Positions 1-8,374 of a stretch of DNA of 64,000 nucleotides are shown here, in pieces. The stretch is from Planctomycetota bacterium. Its GTDB lineage: Bacteria > Planctomycetota > UBA8108 > SXIK01. The translations under genes and the position numbers were made by a program. Below the pieces are notes generated by a model, which worked only from the letters and a program-made list of their open reading frames with translations, searched no databases and had not been told where the DNA came from. Numbering within the stretch: position 1 is the stretch's first letter; each line of letters begins with the position of its first letter. The DNA lies in the NCBI GenBank assembly GCA_965223845.1, contig CBDCXR010000004.1, forward strand, positions 3,488,001 through 3,552,000, read 5' to 3'.

Positions 1-1319
1 GCAGTCCAAAGAGCGAAGCTCGCGGTCTTTCCGACCTCGATCGAACCGATCGTCTCGTCGACGCCCAAGATTTCCGCCGCGCTCAGAGTAAGCGCGCGAA
101 CCGCCGCGCCCTCGTCGAGACCGTGCTTGAGTGCGGTGCGCACTCGACCGAACAGAGCAGCGAAATCGCCGGACGACGCGCTCCCGAACGCGAAGGACAC
201 TCCGCCCTCGGCGAGGCGCTGCGCGGTGCCGACGCTCTCGCGCCAGGTCCGCCGTCGATCTTCTTGAACGCGAAGCGGAAGCGCGTCGACTCCTCTGCGG
301 AGTTCCGGCTCTTTGGGATCAAACTCGGGCACGAGCACGATGGCGACGCCGGCATCCCGAAGCGGCTCGACCAGCTCGTGGGCTGAAGTCGCGCCCGTGA
401 TCGTGAGCCGCAGGTCGAACTCACTCGCGAGGCGGAGGGCGCGGGCGATGTCGTTGACCGATCGCGCGAGGAAATATAGCGTCTGAGTCCCGTCGACGAC
501 GGGGCCGAGAGACTCGAGCGAAGTGTCGAGAGGCGGACGAGGAAGGCCGCGCGGACTGCGCCGGTAGACCGCGTGCACCTCGCGGTAATGGCGCGCATCG
601 AGGAGGGTCTGACGCACATGGGCGATCCGTCCCATGAGAGACCGCGGATATCCCGATCCCGAGCTCGACAGCCCGCCCCGCATCCCCGCGGCCGAAGCGA
701 TGACGTTCTCGCGGAGCGACCCTGCTCCCAGCGAGACGACGGCCGTCTTGCCGGCGAAGAGCCCGCCGCGCTCGCCGACGTGCGCAGCTCCGAGTGCGAG
801 ACGCCGCGCGGCGTCCAGCGCGCCGCTCTCCGGTTCCCAGACGTCGAGGACGTCGCGCTCGGGCGTCGTGCCGATTCGACGCGCGCTCCGCGTCGCGGGC
901 GCGGGTCCGGCACGGTAATCGGGCGGAGCATCGGAGTTTCGCGAGTCGCGCGTTCTAGATGAGATTCCTTCGTAGCTGAGCGCGTCGATCCACGACGGAT
1001 AGACGAACGCGCCGGTCGCATCGACGCGCTCGGCGCGCGCGTGATCGGGTGGGAGGTCCACGCCGACGCCGACCCCGAAGATGAGCCCGTCGCGAACGAC
1101 GATCGTTGCTCCTTCGATCCAATTCGCGTCGCTCGGATCTCCGACGAGCACGCGGGCGTTCTCGACGATGAAGAACTCCCGTTCGGTCCCCGCGCGCGCA
1201 GACGGCGAGGCCGCAACCCCGCTCGCCACGAGGAGCGCGAGCCATCCCACGCGCCGCAACGCGAGACCGAAAGTGGATGAGAAACACGGAGCGATCGATC
1301 CAAGCCCGACGCACGCCAT
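1..1319 (-). CDS. Amidohydrolase-superfamily protein (imidazolonepropionase-like), probably secreted; 3' end truncated by the window edge
   Basis: Manual translation, not in the ORF track. Open frame from ATG 1319 to the edge: hydrophobic leader (WLALLVASGVAASPSARA), FFIVENARVL...IVVRDGLI, DATGAFVYPSWIDA, YPRSLMGRIAHVRQTLLDA and the typical late motif ALTLSAAEILGVDETIGSIEVGKTASF. A GTG near 1391 is an alternative start. Confidence 0.8.
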   Translation of the reverse strand, partial: MACVGLGSIAPCFSSTFGLALRRVGWLALLVASGVAASPSARAGTEREFFIVENARVLVGDPSDANWIEGATIVVRDGLIFGVGVGVDLPPDHARAERVDATGAFVYPSWIDALSYEGISSRTRDSRNSDAPPDYRAGPAPATRSARRIGTTPERDVLDVWEPESGALDAARRLALGAAHVGERGGLFAGKTAVVSLGAGSLRENVIASAAGMRGGLSSSGSGYPRSLMGRIAHVRQTLLDARHYREVHAVYRRSPRGLPRPPLDTSLESLGPVVDGTQTLYFLARSVNDIARALRLASEFDLRLTITGATSAHELVEPLRDAGVAIVLVPEFDPKEPELRRGVDALPLRVQEDRRRTWRESVGTAQRLAEGGVSFAFGSASSGDFAALFGRVRTALKHGLDEGAAVRALTLSAAEILGVDETIGSIEVGKTASFALWT

Positions 1320-1549
1320 ATCGCGATCCCCGAAACGCAAATCGATGAGGGAGCCGCTCCGCGCGCGGCGCACGGCCGCGATCGTCGCCACCCGTTGTCG
1401 GCGCGAATCGAACGGAGCAGGGAAGGTAGCCGCAATTCTATGCGGCGCCCCTCACCGTGACCACGCCGACGACGGCCGGCGTGGACATCCGGCGGTCTCC
1501 GGACCGACGTGCACCGAACTTCCGGCGTACCGTCGTCGCTTCCGCGGGC

Positions 1550-1639
1550 TCAACGGCGTTCGTCGCGCACGATGACCCACACCGTGCCGAACACCAGCAT
1601 CGCGCTCACGAGAATCACTCCGAGCTGATCGAATCCCAT
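1550..1639 (-). CDS. Small single-TM membrane peptide (29 aa)
   Basis: MGFDQLGVILVSAMLVFGTVWVIVRDERR*; AAGGTG upstream of the ATG; hydrophobic helix followed by a charged tail; co-oriented just downstream of ilvN. Confidence 0.55.
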   Translation of the reverse strand: MGFDQLGVILVSAMLVFGTVWVIVRDERR

Positions 1640-1702
1640 CGCTCGCACCTTGCTACCGTGATCCGTCGCGGTCGCGCGCTAAGGGTCCGCGCGGATCGCG
1701 TC

Positions 1703-2191
1703 CTAGGTGAGGTCGCTCCCGCGCGCGATCGCGACACTTCCCGATCGAATCATCTCGATGATCTCGTACTCGCTCATCGCATTCTCGAACGCGTCGACCT
1801 TCTCCGAGGAACCCGTGAGCTCGAGGATGAGACTCTCGTTCCCCATATCGACCGTCTTCGCACGGAATACCTCGGCGATCTGCAGGACTTCGCTCCGGAG
1901 CTCCCTCGAGACCTTGACCTTGAAGAGAGCCAGCTCGCGGGTCACCGACGACTCGGTTTCGTGCTCGGCGGCGCGGACGACGTCGACGAGCTTGCCGAGC
2001 TGCTTGATGATCTGATCGAGCACGGCCGGGTCGCCGTGCGAGTCGATCGTCATGCGCGAGAACCCCTTCGTGTGGCCCTTGCTGACGACGAGAGAATCAA
2101 TATTGTAGCCGCGCCGAGCAAACACTTGTGCGATGCGCGACAGGACGCCCGGACGGTCGTGAACGCGGACGCTGATCGTGTGCTTCGTCAT
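1703..2191 (-). CDS. ilvN: Acetolactate synthase small (regulatory) subunit
   Basis: ACT domain HTISVRVHDRPGVLSRIAQVFARRGYNIDSL, RELALFKV, EMIRSG; 1 bp downstream of ilvB. Confidence 0.96.
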   Translation of the reverse strand: MTKHTISVRVHDRPGVLSRIAQVFARRGYNIDSLVVSKGHTKGFSRMTIDSHGDPAVLDQIIKQLGKLVDVVRAAEHETESSVTRELALFKVKVSRELRSEVLQIAEVFRAKTVDMGNESLILELTGSSEKVDAFENAMSEYEIIEMIRSGSVAIARGSDLT

Positions 2192-2192
2192 C

Positions 2193-3893
2193 TCACGTGC
2201 TCCCTTCCGGCTTCGCGAGTTTCGTCTTCGGAGGCTCGATCAGCATTTCGCTCACCGCGGCGCCCGCCGGAATCATCGGGAAGACGTTGTCTTCCTTCTC
2301 GACGACGGCGTCGATCACGCAGGGTCCATCGTTGTACTCGATCGCCTGCGTGAGAATTCGGCGAACGTCTCCGCTCCGCCGGATTCGGAGTCCGCGTGCT
2401 CCGTAGGACTCGGCCAGGCGGACGAAGTCCGGGTTCCCGTGGAGGTCTACCCCGGAGAGCCGGTTGTCGAAGAAGAGCTGCTGCCACTGGCGCACCATGC
2501 CCAGATACGCGTTGTTGACGATGAGGACCTTGACCGGAAGGCGGTGGATGACCGCGGTCGAGAGTTCGGCGAGCGTCATTTGGAAGCCGCCATCGCCGAC
2601 CACGGCCCACACGGGATGATCGGGGCGACCGAACTGCGCTCCGATGGCCGCCGGAAAGCCGAAGCCCATCGTTCCCGCGCCGCCGCTCGACACCCACTGG
2701 TAGTCGAGCGAAGTGCGGTAGAACTGCGCGCACCACATCTGATGCTGCCCGACGTCCGTCGTGACGATCGCTTTGCCGTCGGTGAGCTCGTAAAGCCGAT
2801 CGAGAACGTACTGCGCCTTGAGCCCACCCTTTTTCGGGTACTTGAGCGGATAGCGCTTCTTCCACCCGTTGACGGTTTCGATCCACTCGTCCGTGTCGAG
2901 TGCGTGCACGTGCTTGTTGAGCTCGGTGATGATCTCCCTCGCATCGCCCACGAGCGACACGTCCGGCTGGATGACCTTGCCGAATTCCGCCCGGTCGATG
3001 TCGACGTGGATCTTCTTCGCCGTCGGACAGAACTCGCTCAACTTCCCGGTGATGCGATCGTCCCAGCGCCCTCCGATGCACATGATGAGATCGCAATCGA
3101 CGACCGCCTTGTTGGCGTAGGCAGTTCCGTGCATTCCCATCATTCCGAGCGAGAGCTCGTGGGTCTCCGGAAAGCCGCCCTTCCCGAGGAGCGTCGTCAC
3201 GACGGGAGCGCGGAGCTTCTCCGCAAACTCCTTCACGACTTCAGACGCGCGCGAAATCAGGACGCCGTGACCGACGTAGAGGAGCGGTCGGCGCGCGTTG
3301 TGCAGAAGATCGGCGGCCGCGTAGATGTTCTCGATATCGCAGCTTCCCGGGATGACGTACCCGGGGAGATCCGACGATTCGGGGAACGTCGCCGTGCACT
3401 CGGCCGAAGCGACATCCTTCGGCACGTCGATGAGCACCGGCCCCGGCCGCCCCGAGTTGCAGATGTGAAACGCCTCCTTCATCACCCGCGGTAGATCGTT
3501 CGGATCCTTGACGAGGTAGGAGTGCTTCACGACCGGGATCGTGACGCCGAAGATGTCGGCCTCTTGGAATGCGTCCTTCCCGAGCATCGGGGTGATCTGC
3601 TGCCCGCAGATGACGACGAGCGGAACCGAGTCCATGTGCGCGGTGAGGAGGCCCGTGACGGTGTTCGTCGCCCCCGGGCCGCTCGTCACGAGGACGACTC
3701 CCGGTTTCCCCGTCGCGCGTGCGTACCCATCCGCCATGTGGGTCGCGCCCTGTTCGTGACGCGTGAGGATGAGGTTAATCTTGGCGTCGAGAATCGCGTC
3801 GAACACCGGCATCACGGCGCCGCCCGGCAATCCGAAGACGTACTCGACGTTCTCGCGGCGAAGCGCCTCGATGATGACGTCGGCTCCAGTCAT
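2193..3893 (-). CDS. ilvB: Acetolactate synthase large subunit
   Basis: [50 protein letters not shown] and TPP motif GDGGFQM...NNAYLGMV. Start moved to ATG 3893, which follows a GGAGGGAGAGG SD. Confidence 0.97.
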   Translation of the reverse strand: MTGADVIIEALRRENVEYVFGLPGGAVMPVFDAILDAKINLILTRHEQGATHMADGYARATGKPGVVLVTSGPGATNTVTGLLTAHMDSVPLVVICGQQITPMLGKDAFQEADIFGVTIPVVKHSYLVKDPNDLPRVMKEAFHICNSGRPGPVLIDVPKDVASAECTATFPESSDLPGYVIPGSCDIENIYAAADLLHNARRPLLYVGHGVLISRASEVVKEFAEKLRAPVVTTLLGKGGFPETHELSLGMMGMHGTAYANKAVVDCDLIMCIGGRWDDRITGKLSEFCPTAKKIHVDIDRAEFGKVIQPDVSLVGDAREIITELNKHVHALDTDEWIETVNGWKKRYPLKYPKKGGLKAQYVLDRLYELTDGKAIVTTDVGQHQMWCAQFYRTSLDYQWVSSGGAGTMGFGFPAAIGAQFGRPDHPVWAVVGDGGFQMTLAELSTAVIHRLPVKVLIVNNAYLGMVRQWQQLFFDNRLSGVDLHGNPDFVRLAESYGARGLRIRRSGDVRRILTQAIEYNDGPCVIDAVVEKEDNVFPMIPAGAAVSEMLIEPPKTKLAKPEGST

Positions 3894-4041
3894 GGTCGCT
3901 ATCCTCTCCCTCCGGCCTCCGCCGGGCACGGGTTAGACAATTCGGCTCGAAACAGCCCCTTCAAGAGAGATCGGCTCGTCGACGGACAGGATCTGAGAGA
4001 CAAATCGCCCGAACGAGCGATGAAAAAAGTTCGTAGGCTTA

Positions 4042-4058
4042 GATTTCGATTCGAAATC
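4042..4058. promoter_or_regulatory. AT-rich palindrome GATTTCGA-T-TCGAAATC, candidate operator upstream of ilvB
   Basis: Perfect 8-bp arms around one central base, in an AT-richer intergenic stretch ~150 bp upstream of the ilvB start. Confidence 0.35.
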
Positions 4059-4626
4059 AGCAACGAACGATCCCCCACCCTTCGCCCTGAGGCGATAAAG
4101 GGGGAGAATCCCGCAAATCCCACGCAAACCGCAGGGCAATCGAAAAAGAATAGCGACAAATGAGCCTCCCTTCTACATCGGAGCGCCCAAAATGGCGGTC
4201 GTTTTGGACATCTGGCCCTCGTCTGGCCGACCTTGCGGGGAAATAGGCTCAATTCACCCACACAATGCGCCCCCATCGCGTGAGAGCCGAGCTAACGTGA
4301 CCATTCCTCAGCCAAATCGGCGAGCGCGGGCGTAGCCCTCCGCACGGAGCCGAGTTCAGCCCCCGCGCGAGACTCGAGTGCGCTCCGGGCCGCTCGAGGA
4401 TCGGCGAGCTGCACCCGGCGGGCGGCCGCGCTTCGATTCGGACGGCACCGGTCCGCCGTTCTCCGGTTCGCGGGGAAGTCTCCGGCAACTCACGCGTGGT
4501 CGCTCTCGGTGGCAACGCTTCGGCGTGGCGGGTTTCCGTCGTGCTTGCCATCTACGCTCGACCGCTATGGAAACAGACGAAATCTTCGCGAACGGCGAAT
4601 CGCGAAAAACTACCGACCTCGCGAAG

Positions 4627-4655
4627 TTGACCTCCCTCCGGACAGGGTAGAGAAT
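4627..4655 (+). promoter_or_regulatory. Putative sigma70 promoter for the dockerin protein
   Basis: TTGACC-17 nt-GAGAAT. Confidence 0.45.
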
Positions 4656-4981
4656 TGCCCTCAGGGACGGGGTTGTTCGCGCTCGCGTGGTGGCCGTTTG
4701 CGGGGATTCTTTCCGATTTGGGAGAGCTGTCCAACGGCGGATCCGTGGGTTCGAGCGTCGGCATTTCGTCCTGATTGGCGTGTTCGTCCGACGCGCCCGC
4801 CCCGCTGCTCCGAACAACTCTCAATCGCGGCATTCATCGCGTCCATCGCGGCAGTCAACTTTCGCGCGGGCAACGTTCGCGCGGGGATCGCGTTCCGTGC
4901 ACGTCTCGGCCGAAAACCGGGGCGCTGTCTCCGCTATCCAAAGACCGCCCGCGGACGGAGAAAGGCAATCAGGGAGCCTCT

Positions 4982-6667
4982 ATGCGAATCTCGATCCTCA
5001 TTCTCTGCGGCATGACGGCAGTGACCCTCCGGGCGCAGGAGCCGATTCTCACCCCCGCTGAGCCGGCCGACTCGATCCACGATCTCGACATTCGGCCCAG
5101 CCTCGGGGTCCCGGCCCACACCGAGAACGACCGCACGATTTACGAGCCGAGTGCTCGCGACCACGCGCTCTACCTCGAGGCAGCGCGTCGCTCCCTGGGC
5201 GACGGGGCGGCCGGGACGGTCAGCGGTCTCACGGTGATTCAGACGAACTTCACCGACCCGGAGTTCGGCAACGTCGCGTTTCTCATCTGGACGGAACCCG
5301 AGGAGAACGCCGCCGTGGTGATCACCGTCCTCAGCGGCGAGGACACGATCATCATGGGCGAGGTGGATCCGGTCCCTCCGGAGCAGCGCGACACGGGCGA
5401 CGTCACCAACTCGGTGTTCATCGACCAGCTGCCGGCGGGGCCGCTCACCTTCCGCGTAGAAGAGGGCGGAGTGCCGGACGACGCGCTCGAGGTCGACCAA
5501 CTGATGCTCGAAGAGCAGCCCTTCGCCGATGTCGAAGACCTGAGCTGCTCGGAAGGAGCGACGGCTCTGAACGGAACTTGCACGCTCGTCATCGAATGGA
5601 ACGCGGTCGAACCGCTCCCGAGCTTTCACCTCATGGTCGCGAATGACCAGTCGCTCGGAACGACCGTGACGGGCCTCGACGAGCTCTTCGCCGTGCCGGG
5701 TCAGTTCCCCGATCTCTACTCGATCATCAACATCGGGTTTCTCGAGACCGCGGACGGCATCTACCGCGGCGGATTCATGACGACGGAGTGCGAGCTCAAC
5801 TGCGACGACAACCCCTGCGCGCCTCCGGGCGGAATCCAGGTCTGTCAGTTCGGCTTCGGAGACGACGCGGGCGCGAACGCCCTGAGGCTCCAATGGACCA
5901 ATCTCGGTGACTACGAGTCGATCAACCTCACGATCGACGGCGAACAGCGAGGCGCGTTCGACGGGGCCGCTCAACTCGGAGCCGTCTCCAACGTCACCGT
6001 CGGACAACACACGGTCGGCCTTCAGGGAGTCTGTAACGGCGTCCCGACCGATGTCGCCGAAACGACGGTGACCGTCCTCGCGGCGACCCCGCACGCGACC
6101 CCCATCGCGGACGGCATCCTATGCGAGTGGACGGCGGACCGCGGCGATGGCATCTCGTCGACCGCCGTCTCGTGGGAGATCCAGGATCCCTCGGTCTTCG
6201 CCGACCTCTTCATCGTCGACGTGAACGGAAACGGAGGATACCTCGGATCCATCCCCGGGACGACGAACGCCGTCAGCGTTTCGAACACGGCCCCGGACGA
6301 CGTGATCTTCATTCAGTTCTTCGCGCGGACTCAAGGCGGGTGCTACGGTTCGGACCAGATCGCCTGCGAGCCCCCCGGAAACCTTTATATCCCCGGCAAC
6401 TGTAACGGCATCGGTGTCGCGCCCCAGATCACGAGCGCGATCTTCGGTCTCAACTGGCTGTTCGCCGACGGTGACACGCCGCCCTGCTTGGCTGCCTGTG
6501 ATCACGATGGGGACGGCGGCGTAGCGATCAACGACATGATCTCGATTCTCAATTTCCTCTTCGTCGACGGCGCTCCCGCGCCGGCGGGCTGGGTCGACGG
6601 CGAACCGCGCTGCCTCTCGGCGCCGATCGCCGCGTGCGCTACGCCGAATCCGAACTGCCCGCTTTGA
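4982..6667 (+). CDS. Secreted Cys-rich acidic protein with ~4 FN3/Ig-like modules and a C-terminal dockerin-like domain
   Basis: AGGGAG SD; signal peptide MRISILILCGMTAVTLRA; repeated strand-Trp modules (FLIWTE, VIEWNA, RLQWTN, AVSWEI); C-terminus ...PPCLAACDHDGDGGVAINDMISILNFLF. Start 4982 preferred to the ORF-track 4775. Confidence 0.8.
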   Translation: MRISILILCGMTAVTLRAQEPILTPAEPADSIHDLDIRPSLGVPAHTENDRTIYEPSARDHALYLEAARRSLGDGAAGTVSGLTVIQTNFTDPEFGNVAFLIWTEPEENAAVVITVLSGEDTIIMGEVDPVPPEQRDTGDVTNSVFIDQLPAGPLTFRVEEGGVPDDALEVDQLMLEEQPFADVEDLSCSEGATALNGTCTLVIEWNAVEPLPSFHLMVANDQSLGTTVTGLDELFAVPGQFPDLYSIINIGFLETADGIYRGGFMTTECELNCDDNPCAPPGGIQVCQFGFGDDAGANALRLQWTNLGDYESINLTIDGEQRGAFDGAAQLGAVSNVTVGQHTVGLQGVCNGVPTDVAETTVTVLAATPHATPIADGILCEWTADRGDGISSTAVSWEIQDPSVFADLFIVDVNGNGGYLGSIPGTTNAVSVSNTAPDDVIFIQFFARTQGGCYGSDQIACEPPGNLYIPGNCNGIGVAPQITSAIFGLNWLFADGDTPPCLAACDHDGDGGVAINDMISILNFLFVDGAPAPAGWVDGEPRCLSAPIAACATPNPNCPL

Positions 6668-6716
6668 GGGCCGATTCGGTTTAGACGCACGTCACTCGAC
6701 GAAACCGGGGCAAGAC

Positions 6717-6760
6717 AAAACCGGGGAGGCGCGGCTCGAAGGGCGCGCCTCCCCGGTTTT
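6717..6760. terminator. Bidirectional intrinsic terminator
   Basis: AAAACCGGGGAGGCGCG (6717-6733) / CGCGCCTCCCCGGTTTT (6744-6760), perfect 17-bp inverted repeat with A/T tracts, between convergent genes. Confidence 0.85.
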
Positions 6761-6826
6761 CTTTGTCTCAGCGCTGTTTTCGCGCGGCGAGCGTGAGACG
6801 ATTCGGAAGCGGATTCGAGGCGCCGG

Positions 6827-8374
6827 CTAGTCTTCCGGAACCAAATCCGAAATGTCCTGGAAGTACTGCGTCACGAGGTGGCGATAGCTCTCCGGGATCT
6901 TGTCCCAGACTCCCTTGAGCGACCGAGCGACCTCACGCTCGTTGATCTGCCCCCAGCGATCACGATCGCGCGCGACGTCATCGCGCAGCTTGTCGTCACC
7001 AGCACCGCCCCCCTTGTTCGTCTTATCCCGCGGCGGCTGGCGGTTGGCTTGCGCGTTCTGGTTCTGCTGTTGTCCCTGTTGTTGCCCCTGCTGCTGTCCC
7101 TGCCGCCGCGCCTGCGCCATCTGCCGCATGCTCTGCATCTGTGCTTGACGTGCACTCTGCCGTCGCTGCATTCGAGATCGCATGCTGCTCATCCCCTGCA
7201 TGCTCGCCTGCATGCTGTCCGAGTCCTCCGCGCGCTCGAGTAGCTCTGCGACCTTGTCGAGCACCTCCTCGAGGCGCTCCTGCTCGCGTTGAGGCTCCGC
7301 GCCGACGGCACCGTCCCCGAGCGCAGTCGCGAGCGCGAACATCTTGTCGGCAGACTCCTTCACCGGACCCGGATGCCCCGTCCGCTCCCGGATCTCACGG
7401 ATTTGATCCTCCACCTGTTGGCGTTCGACCTGCCTCTCCGGCGGCAGTTCAGTGAGAAGAAGCTGAAGATCGAGGATCTCGAGAGTCGCGTCCCCGCGGA
7501 TTCGCTGGAGGTGTGCGAGCGAGCGGCGCGCTTCATCCTGGGGAAAAAAATCTTCCGACCGCGTTAGATCCTCGAGCGCCTCCTTCGACTCATCGAGGAG
7601 CGCACGCGCGGCCTCCGACCACGGGGACGCTCCCTCGGCGATGAGCCCCTCCGCGGCATCGATGCCGAGGCGCGCGCCGTAAAACTCGCCGTAGCGCTGG
7701 AGGTAAGAGTCTTCCTCCGCCTTCAGGGCCTCGACCGCTTCGGTAACGAGCGTTCGATCCTCGTCCGACAGCGACGCGCCCGCGGTGCGACGGAGAATGG
7801 TGTCGACGCGAAGAAGATCGCGCGAGACGCGGACGAGGACGCCGCGCACGGGGTCGCCCTGACCGAAGTCGATCCGGTACTCGGGATCGTCGAAACCGAA
7901 CTCGACGAGAAGCTCCTCGTGTCCGCTCTTGTACATGTGGAGGAGGAACCGTTCCCACGGATCGAGAATCTTCGGGTCGAGCTCATCGAGCATCTCCCAA
8001 AGATCCTCCTCCTCGTCCGGGTCGAGGCCGGCGAGCGGATGCAAAACCTCGGAAGGATCGATCCCCTCCTCGATGAAATCGGACGGATCGTCCTGGGGAG
8101 CTTCCGGCTGACCGCCCGCCGCATCTGCGGAGTCCTCCGCACCGGGCGCTTCCGCTTGAGGCGCCTCGATCAGCTTGCGGCTAAGAGGCGGACGGGCACC
8201 GTCCTTCGATTCGCCGTCCGCGGTCGCCGCGGGGGATTCCTGCTCGGCCGATTCCTCGCCCGAGGCATCCTGCGCCGCGGCGATTCCACTCGCGAAGAAC
8301 CATAGGAAGCAGAGACCGATCGGACGCCACTCGAAACGCGCGGGAAGATCGGTCGAGCTGAGCAGCGAGGTCAT
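6827..8374 (-). CDS. Exported helical protein with a Gln/Met-rich segment; last gene of the MoxR/vWA operon
   Basis: Signal-like IGLCFLWFFASGIAAAQ; acidic N-region; SMQASMQGMSSM...QGQQQGQQQGQQQNQ tract; C-terminus RWGQINERE...IPESYRHLVTQYFQDI; ATGA overlap with the upstream gene. Confidence 0.8.
   Translation of the reverse strand: MTSLLSSTDLPARFEWRPIGLCFLWFFASGIAAAQDASGEESAEQESPAATADGESKDGARPPLSRKLIEAPQAEAPGAEDSADAAGGQPEAPQDDPSDFIEEGIDPSEVLHPLAGLDPDEEEDLWEMLDELDPKILDPWERFLLHMYKSGHEELLVEFGFDDPEYRIDFGQGDPVRGVLVRVSRDLLRVDTILRRTAGASLSDEDRTLVTEAVEALKAEEDSYLQRYGEFYGARLGIDAAEGLIAEGASPWSEAARALLDESKEALEDLTRSEDFFPQDEARRSLAHLQRIRGDATLEILDLQLLLTELPPERQVERQQVEDQIREIRERTGHPGPVKESADKMFALATALGDGAVGAEPQREQERLEEVLDKVAELLERAEDSDSMQASMQGMSSMRSRMQRRQSARQAQMQSMRQMAQARRQGQQQGQQQGQQQNQNAQANRQPPRDKTNKGGGAGDDKLRDDVARDRDRWGQINEREVARSLKGVWDKIPESYRHLVTQYFQDISDLVPED

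Noticed and set aside
83-1435. 450-aa Arg/Ser-rich ORF from the track
   Set aside because: Wrong-frame shadow; another minus-strand frame carries the amidohydrolase motifs.
3894-4300. ilv attenuator leader peptide
   Set aside because: No short Ile/Leu/Val-rich ORF followed by a terminator hairpin was found on the minus strand.
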